A DNA stretch of 64,000 nucleotides from Octopus sinensis (Eukaryota). The DNA lies in the NCBI RefSeq assembly GCF_006345805.1, contig NC_043008.1, positions 6,696,001-6,760,000 on the forward strand, written 5' to 3'. Numbering within the stretch: the stretch's first letter is position 1; every line of letters begins with the position of its first letter. The notes beneath the pieces were generated by a model. That model was given only the letters and a program-made list of their open reading frames with translations, was not told where the DNA came from and ran no database searches. Positions 1 through 13,196 of this stretch are shown piece after piece. The position numbers were made by a program, and so were the translations under genes.

Positions 1-680
1 TAATGTTAATCATTATAATTTTATTTTTCCTTCGTTTCCCCAACAGTTCATTTCCTCTTTTAGGAACAAGAAAATAGCAGTGACAGTGAAAATTTCAGCA
101 ACATAAAACATCAGATTTTAACGTGGTACCAAAGATTAATGACCCAGTTCCTTAGTCTTGTCATTCTAGATTATTTCTTCTTTTTTCTTTTTTGGTTTTT
201 GTCGTATTTTCTCTTTCTTTTTTCCCCCATGTTCCTTCTCAGTTCACTTTCTGCACATTTAACTAAAGAGCCTCCCCACCGCCACCACCGCCACCACCAC
301 CATCACCACCTATCTTCTATCTACATTAACATTTGCAGTACATTAATAAAATATGTTTTAAGTTTGTTGTTGTGCTTGATGTTGTTTCTGCATCTGTACA
401 CAGGTATACAGATATCAGCAGAATTATTTTCCATCTAACATTTCTTAAATTTCACAGGCAACAGTTGAACTATTGGCTAAACCAAAGCTTACAACCAGGT
501 TTCAATTCCTAGAAAGAGCACATTTTTTTATTACATAAAATTTCCTGTATCATCAGAACTGAAGTATTTTTGTTAATTTGGGATTTTAGTAACAAAACCA
601 AATTACTTTTACAGATATATTTCCTCATAAATTCTACATACTCCCTCCACAAAAATTATATCAAGAAGTCTTCTTGCAAA

Positions 681-1410
681 CGTGACCTGGTCATTACTGT
701 CAGCACTGGACAAAGCACATCTCTAAAATTGTCAAGAAGGCTGGGGGTGTCTTGGCATCACTCAGCAAGACCTTTGTCAGCCACTCTCCAGCTATCTATT
801 TAAGGCTGTATATGGCTATGGTGTGGCCACACTTGGAAATTGAATCACCATTCTGGAACCCCTATTTTGCTCAGAAGATTGACCTCATGGGAACTGTTTA
901 GAGACATGCAACCAAGTAAATATCTTCCATTAGGCATTTACCACATTTTGAACAACTTGTTTCCCTGGGCATGGATACACTGAAGCTCCGACATCTGGCA
1001 ACTGACTTGGTAAACACCCACAAAATTATTAACCATTGTGCCAACAACCAACTTGAGCACCTCTTTGAACTCCATGTGTCTAACACATGTGGGCATTCTT
1101 ACAAAGTCAGAAGAAAAGCACAGTTCCCATGACTTTCAGAAACATTTTTTCACATTCAGAGTTGCTGAAGCATGGAACAAACTACCTGCATCAGTTGTTA
1201 GCTGCAGAGACATTGCATCCTTTAAAATTGCCATGCTTCCTGAAATTTGCCAACACTACACCTGATATCCCCTGCTCCATACGCATGCACACATGTATAT
1301 CATGACTCTTACTCTGTTCACTTTCCTGACTTTTGTACATAATTCTATGCACCGTACACGCACCTTTGATGAGTTGTAGTGCACCTGAGCACTAAACACA
1401 ATAATTTCAT
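681..1410 (+). mobile_element. CR1-like LINE, decayed 3' end of ORF2 plus 3' UTR
   Basis: Translation across two stops and a frameshift gives HWTKHISKIVKKAGGVL...YLRLYMAMVWPHLEI...WNPY...RHATK...DLVNTHKII...TCGHSYKV...KHFFTFRVAEAWNKLPASVV...SFKIAML*. This matches the conserved C-terminus of CR1/L2 ORF2. Confidence 0.9.
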
Positions 1411-1654
1411 TATTATATTAATGCTTATTATAAAGTTATTCTTATAAAACCAGGATAGATTGCTATCTCATCGTTCTATAGTTTTATGTTGTAGTACTGT
1501 GTTGAAAGTACGAATTTCATAAGATTTAACTTGACTACATATTCCTGTAAGGTATATTTTCCATATATACAACATGGCTCACCTGTCATAATTGATAGAT
1601 GAGAATCCTGCTATTTCTTGCTGGACAACCTGCTCAGATGTTTTATTTGTAGCA

Positions 1655-1945
1655 TTGGTTTCCAACCATATTCTACCTATGGACCTTTTTCATTATTATT
1701 TTATTCCGGTGAACCTCCCATAGCCATTTGATGTCTTAAAACTAGTTTTATAGATGCTGCTTTTAAAATTCCTATTTTGTTTCCACACATTGACTTGTGT
1801 GGTTTCAACTTTGTAAAACCTTAGAGAAAGAAACCCAGCTGCTTCTTGCAATAAATATTTCTAAAGCAAAACTTTTTCATGTGCATATCGAATTTACTAT
1901 TTCAATTGCATTGGGCCCCACCAAAATCTTACACGGACTCTCAGG
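1655..1945 (-). mobile_element. hAT-type MITE, degenerate copy of the 15582-15918 family
   Basis: Reverse complement shares CATCAAATGGCTATGGG...CACC.GAATAAAAT and the GGTT.GAAACCA.TG terminus with the 15.6-15.9 kb element. Confidence 0.6.
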
Positions 1946-2388
1946 GGTCATGTGGACCACAGTTATTTCACTTACTTACTTAAAGTAATTGTGAGTTGAA
2001 AGCTCAGGAATCCAAAGAGAAGTCTTGGAAAACGGAATAGTATAGATATTACATTGTGTTACTCATTCCAAAACTCAGCTCTTTTTACATTTTGTTAAGA
2101 GATTTTATAAGAAGTCCAAACCCATGACCTCATGGAAAATAGATGTTAAAGGTTGAGGATGATGACGCAGTGGGACTGAACCCAGCACCATGTGGCCACC
2201 TTAATAATAATAATAATAATAAAAATAGTAATAATATTTAACCTCACATTATATTGTCTCATACCATCTACAATGTGTTTTTGAGAATCCATTGTGGTAA
2301 ATAAGTACCAGTTATGCACTAGGGTCGATGTAATTGATTTAATCTATTCCTCCCAAATTTGAGGCCTTGTACTTCCAGTAGAAAGGAT

Positions 2389-2412
2389 TATTATTATTAT
2401 TATTATTATTAA

Positions 2413-2448
<36 letters not shown>

Positions 2449-2614
2449 TATTATTATCATCATCATCATTAATATTATTATTATTATTATTATCATCATT
2501 ATTATTATAATTATTATTATTATTATTTTTATCATTCCTTTATAACACAGTGTAGGTAAAAATGCACCGGAGTCTTTAATCATTTGTCAAGTCACAACAA
2601 GGACCTCAGACAGA

Positions 2615-2649
<35 letters not shown>

Positions 2650-2783
2650 GTTATTATTATTGTTATTATTATTAGTCTTATTATTACTCTTATAACTATT
2701 ATTATTACTATTATTACAATCATTATTATTATTCTTACTATTATTATTATTATTATTACTATTATTATTATTATTATTATTAC

Positions 2784-2817
<34 letters not shown>

Positions 2818-3068
2818 GTTATTATTATTATTATTATTATCATTATTATTATGACTATTATTATTATTATTACTATTATTATTATTATTATTATTATTAT
2901 TGTTATTATTATTATTATTATCATTATTATTATGACTATTATTATTATTATTACTATTATTATTATTATTATTATCATTATTATTATTATTATTATCATT
3001 ATTATTATGACTATTATTATTATTATTACTATCATTATTATTATTATCATTATTATTATTATTATTTT
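2389..3068. repeat. (ATT)n microsatellite blocks, beginning at the tail of a family A SINE fragment (2293-2388)
   Basis: Seen directly; explains the poly-Ile ORFs. Confidence 0.95.
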
Positions 3069-3564
3069 ACTTCCATAAAACATTTTTGCACCCGAACTGA
3101 TCACCCTATAACCTATGCTGGAAAAACAGAATTGCAGCAGGGGTTGATGGCAGAAGCTAATTGAGCCCATGAAGGAAGGGACATAAGATTTCTCCAGTCC
3201 CCCCACACAGCTGCTAATTAAAGCAAAATGGTGGTGGTGGTGATGGGTGGGGAATACCAAATTATCCTTGCACCATCAATCAGGTCCTGTAACCCATTGC
3301 TTGAAGTAAAAACGAAATCTGCTGATCAACGTATTTCATGCAATAATTATCTGTAGTTGCTGTTATTGGAATATACGTAATATTAACAAATTTATTGGCC
3401 CTTCAGCTACATTAACTAGCAGCAATTAAAATGATATCTCTTCTCCATAAACAAGTATTGATTCAGTTAGATAAATAAACATGTATCTGCTTATAATGTT
3501 CAGCAGTCTATGTCAGACTCGCATGTATATTAGAAGCAATATCATAAAATGTTAGTGTTCGTGC

Positions 3565-3628
3565 ATATATATATATGTGTGTGTGCATGTGTGTGCGTGT
3601 GTGTGTGTGTGCGTGTGTGTGTGTGTGT

Positions 3629-3698
<70 letters not shown>

Positions 3699-3716
3699 TG
3701 TGTGTGTGTGTGTGTG
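3565..3716. repeat. (TG)n microsatellite
   Basis: Seen directly. Confidence 0.95.
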
Positions 3717-5842
3717 CTTGAGTATGCTTGCAAGCATAGAAACCTCTGTATATATATGCGCATCCACACACAGTGCTCCTTACACACACCGACGCACACA
3801 GACTTCCCTCTCCATGCACACCCACTCATACAATACTAACAAGCGTAAAAAAAAAAGAAAAAAAAGTGCATTAAAACAAATAAAAATGATTTGCATGTTG
3901 AAAATGAAGTAGGAAATTTACTTTGAAATTTTAGACCTCATTAATATATTTTCTACACTGTTAAATGTCTTTTTCTCCCACTGCTTGCAAGCTTGTCTCA
4001 CTGGGAACTTTTCTCATCTTTACTCCTTTTTGTTGTTGCAAAATTTCTGTGTTGTTGATATTTTAAAAACTATTTTTTTTTTATCTTCACTCATTTAATT
4101 TATTTGGTAGGTGATGCCAGTATGCATAATGTATAGTGTTTGAGTATGTATGTACATGCATGTATATATATATATATGTGTGTGTGTGTATGTGTTTGCA
4201 TTTAGCGTCTATGAATTGATTATGTGGGTGGCAAGCAAAATTTGCCCGTCTATTTAAGTAAAAAAAATATTGAAGTAAAATATAAAGAAAAATGTAATTT
4301 AGATATAAAGAGTGAAGAAGCAAAAGAAATAAGTAGAAATAAGATAAGTGACAACAGTTGGAGAGAAACAAATTAATGATTTTTAACACCTGCTGGTATT
4401 AACAAAAAAATTGTAATTAAAAAACATATATTCATAACTAAAACAGCAGCACGAACCAGTTATAAACGTGCATGTACCTCTTTATTAAATGCATCTATTT
4501 ATGCATGTTTGTCTTTATATTCAGGTCAGTGATGAGAGGCTCGGTGTTTTATGAAGTGTGTAGGAATGTGTTAAAAGGGAATGTGTGTGTGAGGGGTGGG
4601 GGATATTGGTAAGAATGATTAGGAACAGGAAGAGAGAGAGAAAGAGAGAGAGAGAGAGGCATGAATATATATTTGTGTTTGGGTATGCCTATAAACATGT
4701 GGCTGCGAACATGTATGTAGCATGTGTTTAGGGATCTAGTCATGTGTGATGTATGTATGCATATTTATTTACATGCTTGTTCATGCATGGATCTCCGTGA
4801 TGCAATTATTGTTTGGATGTTCTTGCATGGGAATGTATTCTCCTAGTTTTAAGTGTGTTCCAATGAATATGGTTTTTCATAATCATTTACATGAAACACT
4901 CACGCTTTTGGTTTTTGTCTTACTTAATATACTTTGGCAGAAGTTGCTGTCTTCTGAGCTGAAGATCAAATGAACTCAGCTGCAGTTCCAGTAAGCCATA
5001 AATGGCCATAGGAAGGACGAGTTTTCTTCAAAATAAGTTGACCATTTCATTAACTAAGGAATTAGATAATTCTTTTAGCAATTAGGTTTCTTTTGTTGAT
5101 TTGATTGCAATTAATAAAGGAATTTAATTTCAGAAATTGTTTCAATAATTGTTCCTGTAAAAGTAGAATGGTGAAAAATTACAAGATCATAAATGATAAT
5201 GGTGGAAGAAATGAAGAAACTAAGGACCATAGGTGGAAGGAATGTGATCTGGCTTTCTGAGAACCATTGTGTTAGAATATCAGATAGAATGCTTTTAGGG
5301 ATTTGTTATGTTTCACTGGACCCTTAAGTTGGAATCTTACTGAGTCCAAATTTACTTTTCACTTTTCTTCTTTCTTTTTTTGAGTCAATAAATAAAGTAT
5401 TTATTAAGGGGCTAATTTTCCTTCCATAACTCCGTCAATCCTTTCTAGAAGAAGTCCAGTGTGGTCAAACTAGCAGACAGATAGACCCCACCAAGTCTAC
5501 AATACTTGAGATGGAGTAACAGGGCACTATTCATGATTTACCCCAATGCTTATAACAGAGAGATATGTGTGTGTGTCTGTGTGTGTTTGTGTGTGTGTGT
5601 GCATGCGGCAGAAGTGTTAAGACTGATCCTTCTGGTGGTATAAAGTACTTGTGGTGGTGCCATCTACAAGCACCCATGCTGCATCATGTACAAGTGCTTG
5701 TGAGACGCCGCAAAAAAAACCCTGTGCAGTGCCACATAAAAGCCCCCAGCACACTGTTAGTATGAGATATAGTAGGAAGTGCATCCATTATGTAAACCTT
5801 TCTCAGTTAAAGCATTTCAAAATAAGATATACATATATATAT

Positions 5843-6090
5843 CATCATCATCATCATCTTCGTTTAGCGTCCACTTTCCATGCTAGCATGGGTTGGATGG
5901 TTCAACTGGGGTCTGGGAAGCCAGAAGGCTGCACCAGGCTCAATCTGATCTGGCAGAGTTTTTATGGCTGGATGCCCTTCCTAACGCCAACCACTCCGTG
6001 AATGTAGTGGGTGCTTTTTACGTGCCAGATGAGGCTGGAAAACAGCCATGATCGGATGGTGCTTTTTACATGCCACCGGCACAAGGCCAG
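5843..6090 (-). mobile_element. Family C retroposon (sense strand ends in a (GAT)n tail; RTE-tail-like)
   Basis: (CAT)n-CGTTTA.CGTCC.CTTT.CATGCTAGCATG motif recurs at 7640-7775, 7846-7988, 12196-12518 (opposite orientation) and 21610-21790; a fragment lies at 6515-6655. Confidence 0.75.
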
Positions 6091-6449
6091 ATATCTTAAT
6101 ATACAAACATATACATACACACTATATAGGGTGGAGGTCTCAGTCATTCAATAACAAGGGTTTAGTTGTCAGATCAACTGAATTCCTTGCATTTGAATTA
6201 AAGTAATTGTTACGAAGCAGAGACAGTATGACACATGTGACAACATTGTATTTTTGGAATTACAGGTAGAATCTATTTAATGGGCTTCCATACAGTTTTC
6301 ACCAGTTTCTCTGGAAGTATATGGATCAATGCACAGTCATACAAAAATGATATTTGGCAAGCCACCATGTAATAGGATCCAGCAGAGGACCACATGGTCA
6401 TGTGATAAACTTCTCCATTTTTTTGGTTAAATTGCACATACATGAGAGG

Positions 6450-6480
<31 letters not shown>

Positions 6481-7109
6481 CATGTGTGTGTATGTATAAG
6501 TGTGTAGGGGTTCTTTTCTCTGGCTGGATGCCCTTCCTTACAGGAATCACTCCAAGAGTGTAATGGGTGCTTTTATGTGCTGCCAGCATGGGTCCCATTT
6601 GCATGACACTGGTATCTGCCATCACTGTGATTTTGCTTGGCTTGATGGGTCTTTTTCTGTGTGTGTGTGTGTGTGTAAGTGAGTAGGGGTCCTTGTTAAT
6701 AGATATGACATGAAGTGATACTCAGTTCAGAAAAAAACAGAGCTAGACGTGATAAGAACAGTAGAAAAATATTGCAGTGGTTTTCAAAAGTTGTTTACTC
6801 CGAGTTTCCAACCTGGCCTTTCACCTTTAACAGTCAATACCATTAAAACATTGATAAACATTCGATGAAAGCAAGGTTGATAAATATTCAAACGCCACAA
6901 TAGATAACACAATCAATTGTTACATGCATTTATTTATCCATTTATCGATTTTGATGCAATGGTTTTTTTTTTTTTCTTTTAAGCCTTGGCTTTTATTGGA
7001 TGTTTAATGGTATCAGCAGTTGAAAGTGTTTTCGAAAGTGGCAACAGAAACTTAGAGTAAACAAGTGTTGAAAACCCAGTTCTTGCACTGGTGTTCATGC
7101 ATGTGCGTG

Positions 7110-7207
7110 TGTGTGTGTATATATATATATATATATGTCTATATATATAATATATACCTATATATATTTATATATACACATATACATACATGCATCTATA
7201 TATATAT

Positions 7208-7239
<32 letters not shown>

Positions 7240-7318
7240 CATACATACATGCATATACATATATATACATATACATACATACATGCATATATATATATAT
7301 ACACATATACATACATGC

Positions 7319-7351
<33 letters not shown>

Positions 7352-7420
7352 AACATATACATAAAGAAATGCATATATATATACACATATACATGCAGGT
7401 ATTTATATAAATATATATAC
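7110..7420. repeat. Compound (TA)n/(TACA)n microsatellite
   Basis: Seen directly. Confidence 0.95.
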
Positions 7421-7539
7421 ACACAGAAATAGTGACCTATTTGGCTGCTATTTCTAATATTTTTGGTATGTGGTTTTGAGCAACTTGTTGCAATTAACCC
7501 TTTATTATAAGTAATTTATATATACACACATATACATAC

Positions 7540-7574
<35 letters not shown>

Positions 7575-7845
7575 TATAGATACATGTATACATATACACG
7601 CACACACACATATATACATACTCATGTACACACACCCACATATATCATCACCAACATCATTTAAAGTCCGTTGTCCATGCTGGCATGGGTTGGACGGTTT
7701 GACAAGAGCTGGTAAGCTGGAAGGCTGCACCTGACTCCAGTCTGATTTAGTATGGTTTTCTATGGTTTGATGCTTAAATATGTGCCATTGTTCACTTTGA
7801 GTTATTCCCCTTTGCTCATTTTCATTTCACTTATGCACACATATA

Positions 7846-7988
7846 TATCATCATCATCATCGTTTAACGTCCGCTTTACATGCTAGCATGAGTTGGATGG
7901 TTCAACTGGGGTCTGGGAAGCCCGAAGGCTGCACCAGGCCAGTCAGATCTGGCGGTGTTTCTACAGCTGGATGCCCTTCCTAACGCCA
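7846..7988 (-). mobile_element. Family C retroposon fragment
   Basis: Near-identical to 5843-5990. Confidence 0.75.
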
Positions 7989-8062
7989 TATATATATGTG
8001 TGTGTGTGTGTATGTATGTGTAAGAGAAACACAGTATGTCAACGGAAGGATGAATAATATAT

Positions 8063-8246
8063 ATTTCTTTACTACCCACAGTCGATTATATCAACCCCAG
8101 TGCATAACTGGTACTTATTTAATCGACCCCGAAAGGATGAAAGGCAAAGTCGACCTCGGCAGAATTTGAACTCGGAACGTAACGGCAGACGAAATACGGC
8201 AACGCATTTCGCCCGGCGTGCTAACGATTCTGCCAGCTCGCCGCCT
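8063..8246 (-). mobile_element. Family A tRNA-derived SINE
   Basis: Head GGCGGCGAGCTGGCAGAA, B box GAGTTCAAATTC, central GCCTTTCATCCTTTCGGGGTCGAT..AAGTACCAG; roughly 25 full or partial copies in the window. Confidence 0.85.
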
Positions 8247-8248
8247 TC

Positions 8249-8284
<36 letters not shown>

Positions 8285-8470
8285 AAGAGAAACACAGTAT
8301 GTCAACAGAAGGATGAATTATATAGGTTTGACAGACATTGAAATTGTACAACTTTGATCAATATTATGCTTCTAAAGCATGAAGGTTAAGCAAAGTGAAA
8401 GGTGGTTAGTCCGTAGCTGGAGTGTAATGGCCAGTTTTTGTGGGTCGATGTAATGAAAAACACCATTTAG

Positions 8471-8693
8471 CACTTTAACATTTAAACTAGCCATATCTGG
8501 CCAAAATATTCTGTTTGATTTATGTTCAAACTAACCAGGTTTGGCTTCTTACATCTACTCTATAATGTCATTGTTAAAATAAACAATCACATCATTGATT
8601 ATTTCAAAGCTATGAGATAATATTAGATTAATTTGAAACAATTTGAATAAATAAGCATTACATTTGAGGGGGAGTTATCTGAATGCTAACGCA
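8471..8693. mobile_element. Degenerate MITE, probably piggyBac-type
   Basis: Imperfect terminal inverted repeats (CACTTTAACATT / AATGCTAACGCA) with TTAA on the right; superfamily inferred from the TTAA. Confidence 0.45.
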
Positions 8694-9039
8694 TTAAGGC
8701 TCTCATTTTCCATACTTTATTGTTATTCATTATGCATAGGTTAACCTCTCGTAGTTATCTGACTGGCAATTGAATGGAAATAAAACTATTTCATGAAATC
8801 AATTACCAACTAACGAGATGAATTATACATTTTAGGGCTTCAAGATTACCTGTGGCTTTAGAGCAAGTTAACCAAGCAGACTCCATTGTGTAACCCCAGA
8901 TGTGCCTTAATAAATTAGACCAATGTCACAAAGATGGTGTAATACTCTGAAATGATACTGCGAATATGTCATGTCGCTGTCCAGGACAATGCAGTGGTTA
9001 CTTCAGTGTGACGTAGTGTGGCAGTTCAGTCGTATTTTA

Positions 9040-9274
9040 TTTCTTATTTCTTTATTGCCCACAAGGGGCTAAACACAGAGAGAACAAACAAGGACAGACA
9101 AATGGATTAAGTCGATTACATCGACCCCAGTGCATAATGGGTACTTAATTTATCGACCCTGAAAGGATGAAAGGTAAAGTCGACCTCGGCGGAATTTGAA
9201 CTCAGAACGTAACAGCAGACGAAATACCGCTAAGCATTTCGCCCGGCGTGCTAACGTTTCTGCCAGCTCGCCGC
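9040..9274 (-). mobile_element. Family A SINE, near full length
   Basis: Same head, B box and tail (GCCCCTTGTGGG...AAGAAATA) as the other copies. Confidence 0.85.
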
Positions 9275-10321
9275 TGTTCAGACATATTCTATTTCTAAAT
9301 CATTTTCATGAAAGTGTTTCACTTCTGTACTAGAAGCTAACAAAGCACACAACAATTAAACAATGCTTCCACTGCTTACAACACACAACACAACCAATGT
9401 ACCTTTATAGAACACATTGAACTGAACTGGTTACAGCCATGTATCTATGTCCAACACATTCGACTGAACCATTTGACAATGGTAATTCTTGGGCATGGAC
9501 ATAAATAAACAACAATAAAACGATATGAACCTCCAAGCATTCTGTTGAAAGTCTAAAAGTCTAAAAGTCTGCTCGTGTATCCAGTTGCAAATCTCATATA
9601 TTCACAAACGCATTAAATGCGGAGATTTTTCCTCGCATCATTTTTGAAGTTAACAAGTCATGCAAAGTACAATGGTTATATAATTAATATTCCAAAGCAA
9701 GCAGCCTCTAGTGGTGCTGGCAAGACATTTCGAATACATTATTGGGATAGCTTATCTAAATTTTTGTTTGATTACACTTGCATGCACACACACAAACACA
9801 CACACACACACACACACGAACATTCACACAAACACAAGCATACTTGCTCATAGAAACACATATATATACAATACACATACACACACACACACGCACATAT
9901 ATATATATTTATTCATTTTCTGATAATAAAAATTTCTCTGTAAGTTACATATTTTCCATTTACAAATCTTATATCTTCTTTTTCATTAAATTGAGTTCCA
10001 TCAAATATTTGATATATTTCTGAACTAACTTTAGAACCACTAGGGTACAGCATGAAGATATTTCAAAGCTTCTACGATGTAAGCACGATTCATAAATGCT
10101 AGAAAATATATATAAAAAAAAACAAAAAAAACCAAAAATCAAAGAAAAGGCAAATTCTTGAACATCTATCCATTATAAAGTGGTTTTCCTGCTTATTTTT
10201 TTGTTTCATTCTCTTCCAGCTGATTTAATCAATATAAAATTTCCTTTCCTTTTCTCTGTCAATAGAGTCAACTGGGTTTTAGTTTCAGATCAAAAACTAG
10301 AATGCATGATATCCGCACTTA

Positions 10322-10397
10322 TATATAATATATATATATATGTATATATATGTATATATATATATATATGTATGTATTATATATATATATATATATA

Positions 10398-10463
<66 letters not shown>

Positions 10464-10464
10464 G

Positions 10465-10514
<50 letters not shown>

Positions 10515-10548
10515 TATATATGTATATATATGTATATATATATATGTA

Positions 10549-10601
<53 letters not shown>

Positions 10602-10709
10602 GTATATATATATGTATGTATATGTATGTATATATATGTATATATATGTATATATATTTGTATATATATATATATGTGTATATATATATGTGTATATATA
10701 TATATGTAT

Positions 10710-10780
<71 letters not shown>

Positions 10781-10800
10781 GTATGTATGTATGTTTATAT
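10322..10800. repeat. (TA)n/(TATG)n microsatellite
   Basis: Seen directly. Confidence 0.95.
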
Positions 10801-11950
10801 ACATGTGTAAAGTGTTAGTGTGCATGCATATATAAAAATGAGGATATCATCCCTGTTGCTCTCGGTTGAAATCAAAGTATGGTAATCTCTGTTGGTAGAG
10901 AAAATGAAATGCTACAATAGAAGTAATATTTTATGGTTGATTGCTTCTCCATGACAAATATTTAATATTTTGGAGGGACCCATAAGAGAACACAACAAAA
11001 ATGTGGAGCGAAAGATACAGAGGCATCCATAAACATATAAATTCTATCACTTTTTGTCGCTTAAATTGAAGTAATATAAAAGGTAAAGGTCACTTCAGTG
11101 GATCTGATGGACGAAATACTGCTAAGCATTTTGCCAGGCGTTCTAATGGTTCTGCCAGCTCTCTGCCTTATTGTTACTGTGGATCCTGAGTGTGCGTGTG
11201 TGTGTGTGTGTATTGGGAAATGTACAGAATAGAATAAGTACTAGAATAAGCGCTGGGCTTACAAGGAATAAGTCCTGGGATCGATTTGCTCGACTGGGGG
11301 TGGTGCTCCAGCATGGCCACAGTCGGGTGACTGAAATGGGTAAAAGAGTAAAAGAGTATAAAAGAGTATTTAATACGAGCATGACTTAACCTTATGCGAG
11401 GAAGATGAAGGATTAAAGACAAAACCCTTTTTTAGCTGTTTATTCAAGTATTTGAGAAGTAATTAAAAGAAGCCGTTATAACGGCACCATTTTCGCAGTG
11501 AGAACTAACAATGTATTATCCTCCACTCTCCAAAAGAATATTGATTGGTGCCAGGTCGGAAAATTGCTTGACCACACAATAACTGATTTCGGTGTTTTGT
11601 ACAAAGGATTTGATTTATCACCAATAAAATGTAATATCGGTGTTCAAGTTAAAAGTCATTTAACTCACAAAGAATCACCTTTGAGCAGACTAAATCAGGT
11701 CAGATGATCTTACAGCCTCTTGAAGAGATTATTTGAATATTGGGCATAATAATAATAAAAGAAAAAAAAAACTTAGTTGTCAGGATTCTTCTTCTTCTTT
11801 TCTTCATCTCATTTTTCTGCTTCTTTATTCTGAAGTTAAGGTTAGCCATAAGAAATTCAGATTTGATTTAATGAAGTATTTAAATAAATTCTTAGAATAT
11901 TAGACTTGGCAGAGTCAAGATGCATTTGAAAGAGTTGGTAAAACACTCAC

Positions 11951-11962
11951 CATTGTTGTACA
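11951..11962 (-). other. Candidate 12-nt microexon TGTACAACAATG
   Basis: Minus strand reads T16-CATGTTAG|TGTACAACAATG|GTGAGT. Confidence 0.35.
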
Positions 11963-12195
11963 CTAACATGAAAAAAAAAAAAAAAACCATATACAAATCC
12001 TTGATGATGTTAGTGGTACATAGGTTAGAAGTGAATTTATCCAGTAACTCTTAACTGACCAGAAACTGACCTGCAACTGTTCACTGAATTTATACCGAAG
12101 TTGCTCTTTCTTTTTCCATCGTAAGTTTTTGTAAAAACTAGTTCCTGAATTATTTTCCAAATATGGAAATTGTTGAATCAATAGAAATTGTAGTT

Positions 12196-12518
12196 GTGAT
12201 ACCAGTGCCGGTGGCACGTAAAAGAACCATCCGAACGTGGCCATTGCCAGCGCCGCCTCGACTGGCCTCCATGCTGGTGGCATGTAAAAAGCACCAACTG
12301 ATTGTGACCATTGCCAGCCTCGCCTGGCATCTGTGCTGGTGGCATGTAGAAAAGCACCAACTATACTCTCGGAGTGGTTGGCGTTAGGAAGGGCATCAAG
12401 CTGTAGAAACACTGCCAGATCAGACTGGGCCTGGTGCAGCCTCCTGATTTTCCAGACCCCGGTCGAACCGTCCAACCCATGCTAGCATGGAAAGCGGACA
12501 TTAAACGATGATGATGTT
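12196..12518 (+). mobile_element. Family C retroposon with internal short tandem units
   Basis: Reverse-complement match to 5843-6090; ends ...GGAAAGCGGACATTAAACGATGATGATG. Confidence 0.75.
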
Positions 12519-12616
12519 GATGAAGCTCTCCAAAATTCTTGATTGTCTAAAAAAATAAACTGAAGTATTTGGACACTTTATTTCATTAGAAATATCACTA
12601 AAAGTTTAATTATTAC

Positions 12617-13006
12617 TCTGTTTTTTTACTTGTTTCAGTCATTTGACTGCAGCCATGCTGGAGCACCACCTTTAGTTGAGAAAATCGACCCCAGGACTTA
12701 TTCTTTGTAAGCCTAGTAATTATTCTATCAGTCTTGTTTGCCGAATCACTAAGTTACGAGGATGTAAACATACCAGCATCGGTTGTCAAGCAATGTTGGT
12801 GGGGTACAAACACACACACATATATATATATATACATGTACATATATACAACGGGTTTCTTTCAGTTTCTGTCTACCAAATCCACTTACAAGGCATTGGT
12901 CAGTCCGAGGCTATAGTAGAAGACACTAGCCCAAAGTGCCACGCAGTGGGACTGAACCTGGAACCATGTGGTTGGTAAGCAAGCTACTTACCACACAGCC
13001 ACTCCT
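12617..13006 (-). mobile_element. Family B CORE-type tRNA SINE (OR2-like), full length
   Basis: Head GGAGTGGCTGTGTGGTAAG, B box GGTTCAGTCCC, CORE-like GGCAC.TTGGGC.AGTGTC, internal microsatellite, and a 3' half ending in AAGTAAAA repeats. The OR2 name comes from recalled literature and is not verified. Confidence 0.8.
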
Positions 13007-13196
13007 GAAAATATTTTTGAAATTACTTACTCTATCATTTTAGAATTATAAAGTTCATTCTAAAATTATCAAATGTGGTGTTGGTGATTTGTTTCTGGTC
13101 AAGCTACATCCTCAGTACCTGTTCATAAGCCTTGAGAGAGGGATGTTACCACTGGAGGCACGACCAGGTTTTGAGGGTCATAACAGACACCATCTA

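Noticed and set aside
139-438. 99-aa hydrophobic, His-rich ORF
   Set aside because: Driven by T-rich and (CAC)n low-complexity sequence; no recognisable domain.
2344-3260. Poly-Ile ORFs (164 and 222 aa)
   Set aside because: Translations of the (ATT)n microsatellite.
10180-10835. Long YI/CV/HT-repeat ORFs here and at 3.5, 7.1, 14.3, 18.2, 23.9, 34.5, 47.7, 50.4 and 51.9 kb
   Set aside because: Dinucleotide and tetranucleotide repeats lack stop codons; these are artefacts.
11456-11707. 84-codon + frame, and a C2-domain-like phrase on the minus strand (KTPKSVIVWSSNFPTWHQSIFF)
   Set aside because: No usable acceptor for the minus frame and no recognisable homology for either; cannot be supported.
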